Source: Arcobacteraceae bacterium (GTDB taxonomy: Bacteria; Campylobacterota; Campylobacteria; Campylobacterales; Arcobacteraceae). From it: a stretch of 64,000 nt of DNA. Below are positions 1 to 10,937 of this stretch, one piece after another; positions within the stretch are counted from its first letter, which is position 1, and each line of letters starts with the position of its first letter. The position numbers and the translations under genes are program-made. The stretch spans positions 29,642-93,641 of the forward strand of contig OZ223243.1 in assembly GCA_965140475.1 (NCBI GenBank), written 5' to 3'. The notes under the pieces were generated by a model. It was not told the origin of the DNA. It saw only the letters and a list, made by a program, of their open reading frames with translations, and did not search any database.

Positions 1-661
1 CAGGATTAATTATTTTTTGATCATCTAATACAATTGCATTATCTAAACTTCCACCTTGTGCTAAACCGATACTTCTTAAATATTGTACTTCATGTAAAAA
101 TCCAAATGTTCTAGCTCGGCTAATATTCTCTTTATACTCTTCAACAGAATAATCAAAATTAAAATGTTGCTCCCCAATTGCAGGGTGATCAAAATCTATA
201 GAGAAATCATATATAATATGATTTGATGGTTTTAGTTTTACAAATTTATTATCAATTTGAACCTCTACCTCTTTTTTCACACGAATCGCTTTTTTACTTT
301 TCTCTTGCTCTTTAATCCCAACTTCATCTAGTAGCATACAAAAACCACTACTACTTCCATCTAGTATTGGTATCTCATCATTATCTAATACCACTCGTAA
401 ATTATCAATACCATAGGCATAAATTGCAGATAAAAGATGTTCAATTGTTGAGATAACAACATTATCTTTTCCTATAACAGTTGCCATTTTTGTGTCTATT
501 ACATTTTCAGGTTTTAGTTCAATTGATACAGCCTCATCAGATCTATAAAAAACTATACCCATATCATCACCTAAAGGTTCAAGTCGCATCTTTACAGGCA
601 CCCCTTTATGAAGTCCTATACCTACAATTTCAACCTCTTTTTTTATAGTTCTTTGTTTCAT
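1..661 (-). CDS. lpxC: UDP-3-O-acyl-N-acetylglucosamine deacetylase, N-terminal ~220 aa (3' end beyond window edge)
   Basis: The minus frame is open to the window edge. The ATG at 659-661 overlaps the TAA of the upstream gene (TAATG). My translation starts [30 protein letters not shown], which resembles the LpxC N-terminus. Confidence 0.9.
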   Translation of the reverse strand, partial: MKQRTIKKEVEIVGIGLHKGVPVKMRLEPLGDDMGIVFYRSDEAVSIELKPENVIDTKMATVIGKDNVVISTIEHLLSAIYAYGIDNLRVVLDNDEIPILDGSSSGFCMLLDEVGIKEQEKSKKAIRVKKEVEVQIDNKFVKLKPSNHIIYDFSIDFDHPAIGEQHFNFDYSVEEYKENISRARTFGFLHEVQYLRSIGLAQGGSLDNAIVLDDQKIINP

Positions 662-2040
662 TATTTACCATCTATTAGTTTTTTGGCACTTGATAATACA
701 TCTGTAATTCGCACTTTAATCCAGTGTTTATCCATCCACTCTATTGGATTTACCTCAACCCCTTGTACTAGTGTACCAAAATGAAGATGGTCTCCAAAAA
801 CAGCACCAGTGGCACCTGTATTTGCAATTTTTTGATTTGTAACTACCTGATCACCTAATTTTACACTTTGTGAACTAGTATGTGCATAAAGTGTAGCTAA
901 TCCCATACCATGATCAATAATTATTGTATTTCCATACAATCCTAAATAACCATTAAAAATAACTGTTCCATCATTTGAAACTCTTACGGGTGCTTTTTTA
1001 ACACTTGCCCAGTCTATCCCTAAATGCCATGCTTCATTTATCTTTTCACCATCTAAGTAATAATGTCTTCTCTCCCCATAACCAGCAACAGTTTTTGAAC
1101 CTCTTAACCTATCAAAAGAATTTATTGAATATTTTTCTATAAATTGATTATTCATATATTTATCAACTGTTTGCTCTATAGTTTGTATGTTTTTAGCTCT
1201 TAAGTCTTTATTTGAGTATAAGAAAATATCTTTTGCGCTAGAAGGAACTTCTTCAAAACTTTGTTCTAGTACACTTGCACTTATATTTTTTATGAAATTT
1301 TCACTTAAAGTAATATTATCAACTCTGATTTTTTTCTTTTGTATATACAGAGGTACTTTTGTAATTGTTTTATTATCTGCTTTATCCACTGCAATTAAAT
1401 TCACACGACTAAACTCTTCAAAATCTATAGGCCACGCTATAAGTGATACATAATAATCCTCTTTATAATAAGGGATAAGTTTAAATCTTTTTTCATCATT
1501 AAATGAGATATATGCCTCTTTTAAATTTGCATCTTTTACCTTCACAACAACTACAGCACTTCCACCTCTTTGTATATATCTTGAATTATCAATTACATTT
1601 GCAACAGGTTTTAATGTATCAATTTTTATATCTATAATTTTAACTGCTTTATTTCCCTCTAATAAATTCCATTTACTATTATCAACTACTTCAATCTCTA
1701 AAGTCGTATCAACACCTTTATAAAACATATCTAGTTTAGGAGGTAAAACTTCTATTGATAAGTTTTTTTCAACCTTTTTTAATACCTCTTGATTTAATAC
1801 TATACTTTTTTGACCATCTCTAAAAATAACTTTATAATATTTAATTCCACTCTCATCTTTTAAATCTATTTTTATTGGTGATTTTAAATTCCAATATATA
1901 TTATCCTCAGAGATTATTTGTGGTTTATTTTGTTCAAAAGCAGGTGAAAAATATACATATCCAGCTCCAACTAATAAAATAACAAATAATAATCCAAATA
2001 TAATACCAAATGGACCTCTTTTTTTCTTTCTAAATTCCAA
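661..2040 (-). CDS. M23/LytM family metallopeptidase, N-terminal membrane anchor (Csd3/HdpA-like architecture)
   Basis: 459-aa ORF with an N-terminal TM segment. The C-terminal LytM motifs HLGIDWA and DHLHFG are present. TTG start preceded by AAGGAA. Confidence 0.85.
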   Translation of the reverse strand: MEFRKKKRGPFGIIFGLLFVILLVGAGYVYFSPAFEQNKPQIISEDNIYWNLKSPIKIDLKDESGIKYYKVIFRDGQKSIVLNQEVLKKVEKNLSIEVLPPKLDMFYKGVDTTLEIEVVDNSKWNLLEGNKAVKIIDIKIDTLKPVANVIDNSRYIQRGGSAVVVVKVKDANLKEAYISFNDEKRFKLIPYYKEDYYVSLIAWPIDFEEFSRVNLIAVDKADNKTITKVPLYIQKKKIRVDNITLSENFIKNISASVLEQSFEEVPSSAKDIFLYSNKDLRAKNIQTIEQTVDKYMNNQFIEKYSINSFDRLRGSKTVAGYGERRHYYLDGEKINEAWHLGIDWASVKKAPVRVSNDGTVIFNGYLGLYGNTIIIDHGMGLATLYAHTSSQSVKLGDQVVTNQKIANTGATGAVFGDHLHFGTLVQGVEVNPIEWMDKHWIKVRITDVLSSAKKLIDGK

Positions 2041-2088
2041 CTCTATTCCTTTATAATTTATAATATTTAATTGATTTTACCATAATAA

Positions 2089-3516
2089 TCATTTAGACTT
2101 TATATAGTGTAATTGTTTGTACCCATCTTTTCTTTTTTTATAGCTACTTAAGGCAAAAGGATTTTGTATATCGAGTATATCTATTGCTAAACAATCACTC
2201 CCTCCTCTTCCTATTCTTCCTAAATATTGAACCAATCTCCCATAATAAGATATTGGAGTTGCAAATATTATAGTATTTAGATGAGGAAAATCTATCCCTT
2301 CTCCAAAATAAGAAGTTGTTGCTATTACTAAAGAGGCATTATTTACTTTTTCCATATTTATCTTTTGATCATTTTTATTTAAACTTCCATGAATCGCAAC
2401 ATGCGGTATTTGTTGAGATTTTAATATCAATTCTAAATTATCAATATGCTCTATTCTATCAGTTAAAAGTAAAATTTTTCTATCTTTGTATTGGATAATT
2501 TGTTCTATGATTACATTATTTCTCTTCTCATCGTTTATCATCTCATTTACTAAGTCTGCAAAATTATCCACATTACTTACAAAATCAGTTTCTACTATTT
2601 TTAATTTATTTGTAAATACTTTTTTACTTTTTACCTCATATGCTATTGAACCTAACTGTTGATAGATAAGTGGTTCCATCCCATCTTTTCTATTTGGTGT
2701 TGCACTCAGTCCTAAGATATATTTTCCACAAAATTGCTTTATAATTTTTTCAAAAGTGAGTGCTGGTATATGGTGACACTCATCAACAATAACAAATGAA
2801 TACTTTTTGATTAATTCTAGATTATTTTTCAAGCTTTGCATAGTTGCCACATCAAGAGAGTTGTTTAATTTATTTTTCCCTTTTCCTAAATATCCAATAT
2901 CTTTTTTTGAATATCCAAAGTAGTTTACAAATCTTTCAATCCATTGATCTAGTAACATATTTTTATTGACAATTACCAGTGTATTTACATTTCTTACCTC
3001 TATCATTTTAGCACCTAAAAGTGTTTTTCCAAAACCTGGAGGTGCAACACATAAAGAGAAATCTTTTTTTGATATTTGCTCTATAGCCTTTTTTTGTTCT
3101 GGTCGTAATTGATAAGTTATTTTAGGAAACACAACCTCTTTATAAAATCTTTTATCAACATAAGTTGTATCAAGGTTATTTTGGGAAAAAAGTTCAATTA
3201 CCCCTCTCATTAAACCTCGCGGAAGAGTTAATGTACCATTTTTATTTTCATAACTTTTAAGATATCTAGGGGTATTATAAATTGGTTTTCGTAAAGCTTG
3301 TAAAGTTTTTATTTGAGGATTTTCAAAGGTTGCTAATTGTTCCAAAGATTCAATTAGCTTTTTTGATAAATGGGATGTTTCTATATATATAGCATCATTT
3401 AATACTATATAACTTTTTATGCTAGATTGTTTTTTATTTTCTAAAAACTCAATTTGCTTCTCTAGCTGTTGTTTTTGTTCATATAAAGTTTTTAGTTCTT
3501 TATCAATATTTTCCAT
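2089..3516 (-). CDS. Superfamily-2 DEAD/DEAH (ResIII-type) helicase with N-terminal coiled coil
   Basis: Walker A APPGFGKT, motif II DECH, SAT motif LSATP, and C-terminal helicase motifs GEGIDFP and QYLGRIGR. Its ATG directly abuts the bactofilin stop (TAGATG). Confidence 0.85.
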   Translation of the reverse strand: MENIDKELKTLYEQKQQLEKQIEFLENKKQSSIKSYIVLNDAIYIETSHLSKKLIESLEQLATFENPQIKTLQALRKPIYNTPRYLKSYENKNGTLTLPRGLMRGVIELFSQNNLDTTYVDKRFYKEVVFPKITYQLRPEQKKAIEQISKKDFSLCVAPPGFGKTLLGAKMIEVRNVNTLVIVNKNMLLDQWIERFVNYFGYSKKDIGYLGKGKNKLNNSLDVATMQSLKNNLELIKKYSFVIVDECHHIPALTFEKIIKQFCGKYILGLSATPNRKDGMEPLIYQQLGSIAYEVKSKKVFTNKLKIVETDFVSNVDNFADLVNEMINDEKRNNVIIEQIIQYKDRKILLLTDRIEHIDNLELILKSQQIPHVAIHGSLNKNDQKINMEKVNNASLVIATTSYFGEGIDFPHLNTIIFATPISYYGRLVQYLGRIGRGGSDCLAIDILDIQNPFALSSYKKRKDGYKQLHYIKSK

Positions 3517-3927
3517 CTATTGTGTAATATGATGTTCGTTAATCTCCAACTTATTATATTTACTTGTCAAAGTAGAGTTTCTCTTTTTACCTTCACCCTC
3601 AAATACACCATTTTGTTCTATTAATAGCTCATCATATTGCATCTTCCCTATTACTTTTCCAAAACCTAAAATATTTACTTGCTCAACATCAAATAAACCA
3701 TCAATAAGACCATTTACTGTTAATACTTTTGATCTAATTTCACCTAAAACTTCACCATTTTTTCCAATTGTAACATCTTGTGTTGCTACAATTATACCTT
3801 CAAATCTACCATCAATAAAAATAGACCCCTTTGTATCAATCATACCTTTAAATGATGTACCACTGTTGATTACTGTTGTGCCATCTTGTTGCTCTGATCG
3901 CTTACTAGCTTTACTAAAGATTCCCAA
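3517..3927 (-). CDS. ccmA: Bactofilin (polymer-forming cytoskeletal protein, CcmA-like)
   Basis: 136 aa with a beta-helical bactofilin-like repeat pattern (GTSFKGMIDTKGSIFIDGRFEG..VTIGKNGEVLGEI). TTG start at 3927 with SD AGGAGG 5 nt upstream. Sits downstream of an M23 peptidase as in the H. pylori csd1-ccmA arrangement. Confidence 0.8.
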   Translation of the reverse strand: MGIFSKASKRSEQQDGTTVINSGTSFKGMIDTKGSIFIDGRFEGIIVATQDVTIGKNGEVLGEIRSKVLTVNGLIDGLFDVEQVNILGFGKVIGKMQYDELLIEQNGVFEGEGKKRNSTLTSKYNKLEINEHHITQ

Positions 3928-4745
3928 TTTACCCTCCTTTGTTTTTCAAATATTTCCTCATAGTTTTTCATATCCCAATCTATAAAATGTTTTGGATCTA
4001 AAACTTTACTTGCATGGATAACTTCGTAGTGTAGATGTGGTCCATTACTTCTTCCACTATTTCCACTTCGTCCTATCACTTGCCCTTTTTTTACAACATC
4101 TCCCACTTTCACATCAGCAAATCGCAAGTGTCCGTATACAGTTTCAAATCCAAAGTTATGAGATACAATTATAACTCTACCAAAAGTACCTTTATTTTTA
4201 TCTTCTACATATCTTATAACCCCATCTGCTGTTACATGGACAGGAGTTCTTCTGGCAGCTCTTAAATCTATACCTTTATGGTATTGTTTTTCATTTGTAA
4301 CAGGATTTGTTCTCCATCCAAACTTTGAAGTTGTTGTACATACTTCCAATGGACATTTATTTGGTATTGTTTGTAACATATAACTTTTTTCAGCAGAAGT
4401 TAACTTTGCCAAGGTTGCTCTTTGTATTAAGTCTGTTGTATCATCAACATTTATACCGATAATATCTTCTATTTTTTGTAGCTCATCACCTAACTCTTGT
4501 ATTTGTGTCACTTTTGCTTCAATTTGATCACTATATAAACTATTCTCTTTTGTTAATGCATCTCTCTCTTTTGAAAGGTCATTTACACTTGTTGCTAATT
4601 GTGATATTGTAAAAAAACTTAAACTTACTATTCCTAATGTTACCAAAATTATCCATAAAATAATTTTCTTTATAATTTTATTAACATTATACGAGCGCGA
4701 CTTATCTACATCAGATATTGTTATGACTAATCTGTCTCTTTTCAT
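3870..4745 (-). CDS. M23/LytM metallopeptidase with TM anchor and coiled coil (Csd1/Csd2/EnvC-like)
   Basis: HKGIDLRA and GPHLHYEV motifs, plus an N-terminal TM segment and coiled coil. ATGA overlap with the folC stop. Confidence 0.85.
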   Translation of the reverse strand: MKRDRLVITISDVDKSRSYNVNKIIKKIILWIILVTLGIVSLSFFTISQLATSVNDLSKERDALTKENSLYSDQIEAKVTQIQELGDELQKIEDIIGINVDDTTDLIQRATLAKLTSAEKSYMLQTIPNKCPLEVCTTTSKFGWRTNPVTNEKQYHKGIDLRAARRTPVHVTADGVIRYVEDKNKGTFGRVIIVSHNFGFETVYGHLRFADVKVGDVVKKGQVIGRSGNSGRSNGPHLHYEVIHASKVLDPKHFIDWDMKNYEEIFEKQRRVNWESLVKLVSDQSNKMAQQ

Positions 4746-5872
4746 AAACTATTAAATTCCTTTAAAAAATTTTCAACCACAATAAATGAACCAAATACTA
4801 AATAATGATTATCTCTTCTTATATTCATTATATCAAAATATTTTATATTTAAGCATAAACTCTTTATAAAGCACTCTAATTCTTTTATATTGAGCATTCT
4901 TTTATCATCACATTGTATAATTTGTATCTCTTTTATAAATGGTTGTAATATTCTCAAAACCTCTTTATAATCCTTGTCTTGGTAACTATTATATATCAAA
5001 ATAACCTTTTCATCTGATTTTTTTAGCTCTTGAACGATTACTTTTGCGGCAAGAGGATTATGTCCAACATCAATAGTAATATTATCTGCTATTTTTTGAA
5101 ATCTTCCAAAAAGTTTAGGTATTATATAGTTATTGCAATCAATTTTTAAATACTCCAACACACTTAAAGCTACTTGCAAATTATTTTGTAAATATTGTGG
5201 TAAATTATTAGCTTCCAAAGAGAGTGGATATTTTTTCAGCTCAATCTCTTTTTTATCTTTTAAAAGTAGATTTTTTATCTCATACACTTCATCATTTATC
5301 TGAGAAGATATTATAAAAGCGTTATCACAACTTCTTAGTTTTGTACTGGCTATTTTTTCTATAGTATCACCTAAAAATGCTTGATGGTCAAGATCAATTG
5401 TTGTGATAACTGTTAAATCATTTCTAACAACATTTGTTGCATCAAACTCTCCACCAAGACCAGCTTCTAAAACTAAAAATTCTAAATTATTACTAAGATA
5501 TAATCCAAGAAGTGTAGTATATTCGAAATATGTAAGTTTTTCTATCAAGTTTATAGGTAGTAGTTCTTGAAGCTTTTTGTGGGCAAAATTTAACTGATCA
5601 TCACTGCTATTAGTTCCATTTATCCAGATTCTTTCATTAAATTCAATTATATGTGGAGAACTATAGTGAAGCACTGTTTTATTTTGTTGCTCTAAAAATG
5701 ATGCGATAAATCTTCCTGTAGAGCCTTTACCATTTGTCCCTATTATATGTATTACATAAGGTAGTTTTATATATTTAGCTAAAATCTCCCAAGATTGTTT
5801 GATAATATTATAATCTATCTTGTCATAAAAAAGAGTTTTTGTATCTAAAAACTCTAATAAACTATTTGCTAT
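4742..5872 (-). CDS. folC: Folylpolyglutamate synthase / dihydrofolate synthase; start extended beyond the ORF-track GTG
   Basis: The track ORF (4742-5674) lacks the P-loop. The same frame stays open upstream to 5881 and encodes IANSLLEFLDTK...HIIGTNGKGSTGRF. There is no ATG, GTG or TTG in that stretch. AAGGAG lies 5 nt before ATA at 5870-5872. Confidence 0.75.
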   Translation of the reverse strand: MANSLLEFLDTKTLFYDKIDYNIIKQSWEILAKYIKLPYVIHIIGTNGKGSTGRFIASFLEQQNKTVLHYSSPHIIEFNERIWINGTNSSDDQLNFAHKKLQELLPINLIEKLTYFEYTTLLGLYLSNNLEFLVLEAGLGGEFDATNVVRNDLTVITTIDLDHQAFLGDTIEKIASTKLRSCDNAFIISSQINDEVYEIKNLLLKDKKEIELKKYPLSLEANNLPQYLQNNLQVALSVLEYLKIDCNNYIIPKLFGRFQKIADNITIDVGHNPLAAKVIVQELKKSDEKVILIYNSYQDKDYKEVLRILQPFIKEIQIIQCDDKRMLNIKELECFIKSLCLNIKYFDIMNIRRDNHYLVFGSFIVVENFLKEFNSL

Positions 5873-5874
5873 GA

Positions 5875-6399
5875 CTACTCCTTAAAACTATTCACTGCAA
5901 TTTTAGAAAAAAGATCTCCTAAAGCTTTTGTTGCAGCATTTTTTACAGCTTCTTGTTTTTGTTGGTCTGATACAAGAGAGTTAGCCTCTACATTATAATC
6001 ATAATAGTTTGATACAGAAATATTTTTCTTCTCTTGATCTCTTTTTTGATATATTACAGAGATAGTTACATTTGCTCTATATGTTTTTGCATACCCTTCA
6101 TTATCTGAGGCCATTACACTATGTGATACACTTGCAAGTTTTACAAATACTTGAGTATCTGCTTCCTCTTTGTTTTGTGTTAATTGTGCATTAAATCTAC
6201 TTAAAACCATCTCATTCATTGCATCTTTTACTAAAACAGAATTTTGTGAGTTTTCAATATCCATCGCAAGGTCAACATATACTTTCCCACTAATCTCATT
6301 TTTTGCATAATATGAAGATGGTTTATATCCACAACCACTTAACATAAAGAGTGAATAGTTAAGAATTACAAATGAGATTATAATAGATTTAAAATTCAC
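5875..6399 (-). CDS. lptE: LPS-assembly lipoprotein LptE-like
   Basis: Lipobox LSGCGY. Size and position immediately downstream of leuS match the conserved leuS-lptE pairing. Confidence 0.7.
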   Translation of the reverse strand: MNFKSIIISFVILNYSLFMLSGCGYKPSSYYAKNEISGKVYVDLAMDIENSQNSVLVKDAMNEMVLSRFNAQLTQNKEEADTQVFVKLASVSHSVMASDNEGYAKTYRANVTISVIYQKRDQEKKNISVSNYYDYNVEANSLVSDQQKQEAVKNAATKALGDLFSKIAVNSFKE

Positions 6400-6401
6400 A
6401 A

Positions 6402-8873
6402 TTACCCTTTAACTACTAGATTAACTAATTTTTTTGGTACAACTATCTCTTTTATTATCTCTTTACCATCAATCCATTTTTTTGTATTTTCATTTTCTTT
6501 TGCTAGTGATAAGACTTCCTCTTTAGAAGCTTCAGGTGACACTTCTATTTCACCTCTTTTTTTACCATTTACAGTGATTGCTAGAGTAATAGTATCTTGT
6601 ACAAATACCTCTTGCTTTATTTCAATCACTTTATCAAAATTGCTTCTTGCAAATAACATATCACTTAATTCCCAACAGGTGTGAGGAATAATTGGCTCTA
6701 AGATATTTGTTAATATATAATACCCCTCTAACCAAATAGTAGAGTTTTCTTGTTTATTTAAAGCATTTAAAGCTTCCATTGCTGCTGCAATTAGAGTGTT
6801 AAAAGCATAAGTTTTATTCATAACCTCATCAGCTTTTTGTAAAGCTTCATATACTTTTTTTCTAGCTTCTTTTTCATCTTTTGATAAAGTGCTATGTTCA
6901 ATTCTCTCAATCAATGAAGCATTAGCACCTTCACATTTACCTACAGATTCATAAAATCTTCGTATAAATCTAAATGCTCCCTCAACTGCACTATCATTCC
7001 ACTCCAACTCTTTAGTTGGGGGTGCAGCAAACATCATAAATAGTCTTGCTGTATCAGCTCCATATTTTGATACTATCGCATCTGGGTCTACAACATTTCC
7101 TTTTGATTTTGACATCTTTGCACCATCTTTTAAAACCATCCCTTGTGTAAGTAGATTTTTAAATGGTTCAACACTATTTGTATATCCTAATTGATTTAAA
7201 GCTTTTGTAAAAAATCTCGCATATAAAAGGTGTAAAATAGCATGTTCAATCCCACCAATATATTGATCAACATCCATCCAATAATTTGAATTTTCTTTAT
7301 CAATACCAACTTCATTCCATTTTGATGGATTTGTTGCATATCGTAAGAAGTACCAAGAAGATTGCACAAAAGTATCTAAAGTATCTGTTTCTCTTCTTGC
7401 ATCTTTACCACATTTTGGACAAGAACAATTTTTCCATGTTGGGTGATTTTCCAGAGGGTTTCCCTCTCCTGTTATCTCAACATCTTCAGGTAATGCTATT
7501 GGTAAGTTTTCAATTTTTTCAGGAACAATTCCACAATCATCACAATGAACAAATGGAATTGGTGCACCCCAATATCTTTGTCGTGAAACTCCCCAATCTC
7601 TAAGTTTAAAATTAACTTTTTCTCTACCTAAATTATTTTTCTCAAAATGTTCAATAATAGCTTTTTTAGCAGTCACATTAGGCATATCTGTAAAATCATC
7701 ACTATCTACTAAAATTCCCTCTTCTGTGAAAGCCTCTTCAAGATTGATAATACCCATTTTTGTATCTATCACTATTTTGATATCAAGTTTATATTTACTA
7801 GCAAACTCAAAATCTCTTTGGTCATGAGCTGGAACTGCCATAACAGCTCCTCCACCATAACTCGCTAAGACAAAATTTGCAACCCATACTGGAATCTCTT
7901 TGCCAGTTAATGGATGGATTACAGTTATCTCTAAATCTAATCCTTCCTTTTCTTGCGTTGCTCTATCTCTCTCTGTTACTTTTTGCATAGCCTCTATTTG
8001 TGCTATTTTTTCATCACTTAAAAGTTTGTTTTCAACTATATATTTTACTATTGCATGTTCTGGTGCTAAAGCTGTGTAAGTTACCCCATAGATAGTATCT
8101 GGTCTTGTTGTAAATACTTCATATTTTTCAAAATTATTGTTTAATTTCTTTTTTGTATCATCACTTAAATTAAATTCAAACTCTAACCCTGTGCTTCTTC
8201 CTATCCAATTTTCTTGCATAGTTAAAACTTGTGATGGCCATTTTCCCTCTAAAGTTTTAAGGTCATCTAAAAGAGTTTGTGCATATTTTGTAATAGCCAC
8301 ATAATACCCAGGCATCTCTTTTTGTTCAACTGGTGTATCACATCTCCAACAACACCCCTCTTCAACTTGCTCATTTGCTAAAACAGTATGACAAGGTTCA
8401 CACCAGTTTACTGTTGAAGATTTTTGGTATAGAAGTCCCTCTTCGTACATTTTGATTATAAACTCTTGTTCCCATTTTGTATAGAGTTCATCACTAGTTG
8501 CGAACTCTCTTGTTTTAGAAAAAGACAATCCAAGACCTTCAAGTTCTTGTCTCATATAATCAATATTTTCATAAGTCCATTTTTTTGGATGGAGTTTATG
8601 TTTTATCGCTGCATTTTCTGCAGGCATCCCAAAGCTATCCCAACCAATTGGGTGTAATACATTAAAACCATTTTTTCTAAAATGTCTAGCAAAAGTATCA
8701 CCTAAACAATAGTTTCTAACATGTCCCATATGGATTCTTCCACTTGGATATGGGAACATACTTAATATATATTTTTTCTCTTTACCGCAATCTTCATCTA
8801 ATGGTTCAAAACTATTATTAGTAGCCCAAAACTCTTGCCACTTTTTCTCAATATTCTGTGGATTATAATCCAT
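6402..8873 (-). CDS. leuS: Leucine--tRNA ligase
   Basis: 823 aa with the HMGH-type motif ([10 protein letters not shown]) and KMSKS, and typical LeuRS length. Confidence 0.97.
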   Translation of the reverse strand: MDYNPQNIEKKWQEFWATNNSFEPLDEDCGKEKKYILSMFPYPSGRIHMGHVRNYCLGDTFARHFRKNGFNVLHPIGWDSFGMPAENAAIKHKLHPKKWTYENIDYMRQELEGLGLSFSKTREFATSDELYTKWEQEFIIKMYEEGLLYQKSSTVNWCEPCHTVLANEQVEEGCCWRCDTPVEQKEMPGYYVAITKYAQTLLDDLKTLEGKWPSQVLTMQENWIGRSTGLEFEFNLSDDTKKKLNNNFEKYEVFTTRPDTIYGVTYTALAPEHAIVKYIVENKLLSDEKIAQIEAMQKVTERDRATQEKEGLDLEITVIHPLTGKEIPVWVANFVLASYGGGAVMAVPAHDQRDFEFASKYKLDIKIVIDTKMGIINLEEAFTEEGILVDSDDFTDMPNVTAKKAIIEHFEKNNLGREKVNFKLRDWGVSRQRYWGAPIPFVHCDDCGIVPEKIENLPIALPEDVEITGEGNPLENHPTWKNCSCPKCGKDARRETDTLDTFVQSSWYFLRYATNPSKWNEVGIDKENSNYWMDVDQYIGGIEHAILHLLYARFFTKALNQLGYTNSVEPFKNLLTQGMVLKDGAKMSKSKGNVVDPDAIVSKYGADTARLFMMFAAPPTKELEWNDSAVEGAFRFIRRFYESVGKCEGANASLIERIEHSTLSKDEKEARKKVYEALQKADEVMNKTYAFNTLIAAAMEALNALNKQENSTIWLEGYYILTNILEPIIPHTCWELSDMLFARSNFDKVIEIKQEVFVQDTITLAITVNGKKRGEIEVSPEASKEEVLSLAKENENTKKWIDGKEIIKEIVVPKKLVNLVVKG

Positions 8874-9217
8874 TAATAATCATCCTTCTCTGTACTTTTT
8901 GCACTCTCTATTAATGCTAATGCTACTGCAAATAGATTTGCCACAACTGCACCAATTGCTAATGCTACTGCTAGTTCTACATTGTTTGTAAATGTGTATA
9001 CGATAAATGCAGGTATAAGGTGTAAGTCTGCTACTAAAGAACTAGCTAATAACTCAGCAGATAGTAAATTTCTCACCCCAATTTTTAATATTGTTGATAT
9101 TACATTTACCCCAGCTGCTATAAATAGCGCTACTGCATTATGGTCATATAAAAAACCAGCCGTTGTTGTCAAACTCATCAATGAAAAGAAAATATAAACT
9201 ACCTTGCCCCAATCCAT
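8873..9217 (-). CDS. Small integral membrane protein, unknown function
   Basis: 114 aa with 3-4 hydrophobic helices. Its stop overlaps the leuS ATG (TAATG). Confidence 0.55.
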   Translation of the reverse strand: MDWGKVVYIFFSLMSLTTTAGFLYDHNAVALFIAAGVNVISTILKIGVRNLLSAELLASSLVADLHLIPAFIVYTFTNNVELAVALAIGAVVANLFAVALALIESAKSTEKDDY

Positions 9218-9289
9218 ATAATACTCCTAAAGTTACAAATCTTAAATAATCCACGATTATAGTCAAAACTTAGTTACAGATGGTTTAAA

Positions 9290-10861
9290 TTATAATAATT
9301 CTTTAAACATCAAATTAAATTTCACTTCACCTCTAAATTCATTTTTAGATATATTTGCAGTAAAACTTATCTTTTGACCAACTGCAACCTCATCAAAATC
9401 TATAAAAACAACCACCTCTATAGAGATATTTCCATTTGATACTTCTAATTTTGTATACTCTTTATTTTTCCCTATTTTGGTTGCATTTAAAACTTCCATA
9501 TTTGAAAAAGTAAATATTGGATAGGGATTGGTAATACCATATGGTCTGTAAGATTCTATAATATTATAAATATTTTCACCAACTTCGCTGATACAAAACT
9601 CACCTAAAGAGTTATTCTCAACATCCTCTTCTAGAACTATTTGTTGTTCTATATTTATATTTAACATCTCTTTAAATTGTGTTATTTTACTTTTATGCAA
9701 GCTAAGCCCTGCTGCTTGTTTATGTCCACCAAAACCATCTAAAACTTCACTACAGCTAGCAATGAGTTCATATAAATTAACTTGAGCTGTACTTCTAGCA
9801 CTGGCTTTTGCTTTTGTCTCATTGACACTAAAAACAATTGATGGTTTTTTGTATTTTTCACATAATTTTGAAGCAACTATCCCTATAATACCCTCATTCC
9901 AACTCTCACTTGCGACTACTACAACTTTATCATTTTCATCTACTTGTTCTTTTGCTTCATTGAAAATTTGGAGTTGTTCTTGTTTTCTCATCTCATTTAA
10001 TTCTATAAGATAATCTAATTGCCTATTTGCTTCAATCTCATCAAAAGAAAGTAAAAACTCTAAAGCAATTGAGGGGTCAGACATTCTCCCTGCACAATTT
10101 ATAAGAGGAGCTATTTTAAATCCAATATCCTCCTCTGTTACAACATCAAGTCCATATCTTTTTCTTAAAGCAACCATACAAGGTCTTTGAGAGTTTTGGA
10201 TACTTTTTAACCCCGCTTTTACCATTGTTTGATTTAAACTTTTCATAGGCATAATATCTGCAACAATTGCTAAAGAGAGTAAGTCAAAAAGTTCCATAAG
10301 GTTGTATTTAAAATTAAGACCATTTTTTATACTTGCACACAAATACCAAGCAACTTGTGCCCCACAAATATCTTTAAATGGGAAGGTACAATCACTTTGT
10401 TTCGGATTTACAATAGCATATGCATCAGGAAGTTCTAACCCAACAGTGTGATGATCTGTTATGATTAAATCCAATCCTCTTTGCTTACAAATATTTGCAG
10501 CTTCAACTGCACTAATTCCATTATCAACGGTGATAATGATCCCATCATAAATCTCTTCTAGTATATTTGGGCTCAATCCATAACCATGTTCAAATCTATT
10601 AGGGATAATATAGTTTATCTCAACCCCTAAAGCTGTAAAAAAATTTACCATAATAGCTGTTGAAGTAACCCCATCCACATCGTAATCTCCAACCACATTG
10701 ATTGTCTCATTATTGTGTATCGCTTTTATGATTCTAGTAGTTGCTTTTTGCATATCTTTAAAACTATCAGGAGTTGGTAAACTCTTAAGTGTCTTAAATT
10801 GATCATCCTTTACTCTACTGTGTAAAATCTCTTCTATATCATTTATTGTTAATCTTTTCAT
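9290..10861 (-). CDS. recJ: Single-stranded-DNA-specific exonuclease RecJ
   Basis: DHH family motifs GDYDVDGVTS, VDNG, TDHH and GGH. Confidence 0.92.
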   Translation of the reverse strand: MKRLTINDIEEILHSRVKDDQFKTLKSLPTPDSFKDMQKATTRIIKAIHNNETINVVGDYDVDGVTSTAIMVNFFTALGVEINYIIPNRFEHGYGLSPNILEEIYDGIIITVDNGISAVEAANICKQRGLDLIITDHHTVGLELPDAYAIVNPKQSDCTFPFKDICGAQVAWYLCASIKNGLNFKYNLMELFDLLSLAIVADIMPMKSLNQTMVKAGLKSIQNSQRPCMVALRKRYGLDVVTEEDIGFKIAPLINCAGRMSDPSIALEFLLSFDEIEANRQLDYLIELNEMRKQEQLQIFNEAKEQVDENDKVVVVASESWNEGIIGIVASKLCEKYKKPSIVFSVNETKAKASARSTAQVNLYELIASCSEVLDGFGGHKQAAGLSLHKSKITQFKEMLNINIEQQIVLEEDVENNSLGEFCISEVGENIYNIIESYRPYGITNPYPIFTFSNMEVLNATKIGKNKEYTKLEVSNGNISIEVVVFIDFDEVAVGQKISFTANISKNEFRGEVKFNLMFKELL

Positions 10862-10937
10862 ATTTTTATTATATCGTTTTTAAACTATTTTTAGATAAAA
10901 TAATTGCTATTTAATTAATTGAATTTAGGATTTATAA

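Noticed and set aside
2071-2084. TTGAT-TTTA-CCATA as a fourth Crp/Fnr box, upstream of the large M23 peptidase gene
   Set aside because: The right half-site does not match [AG]TCAA, and there is no -10 hexamer at N22 spacing.
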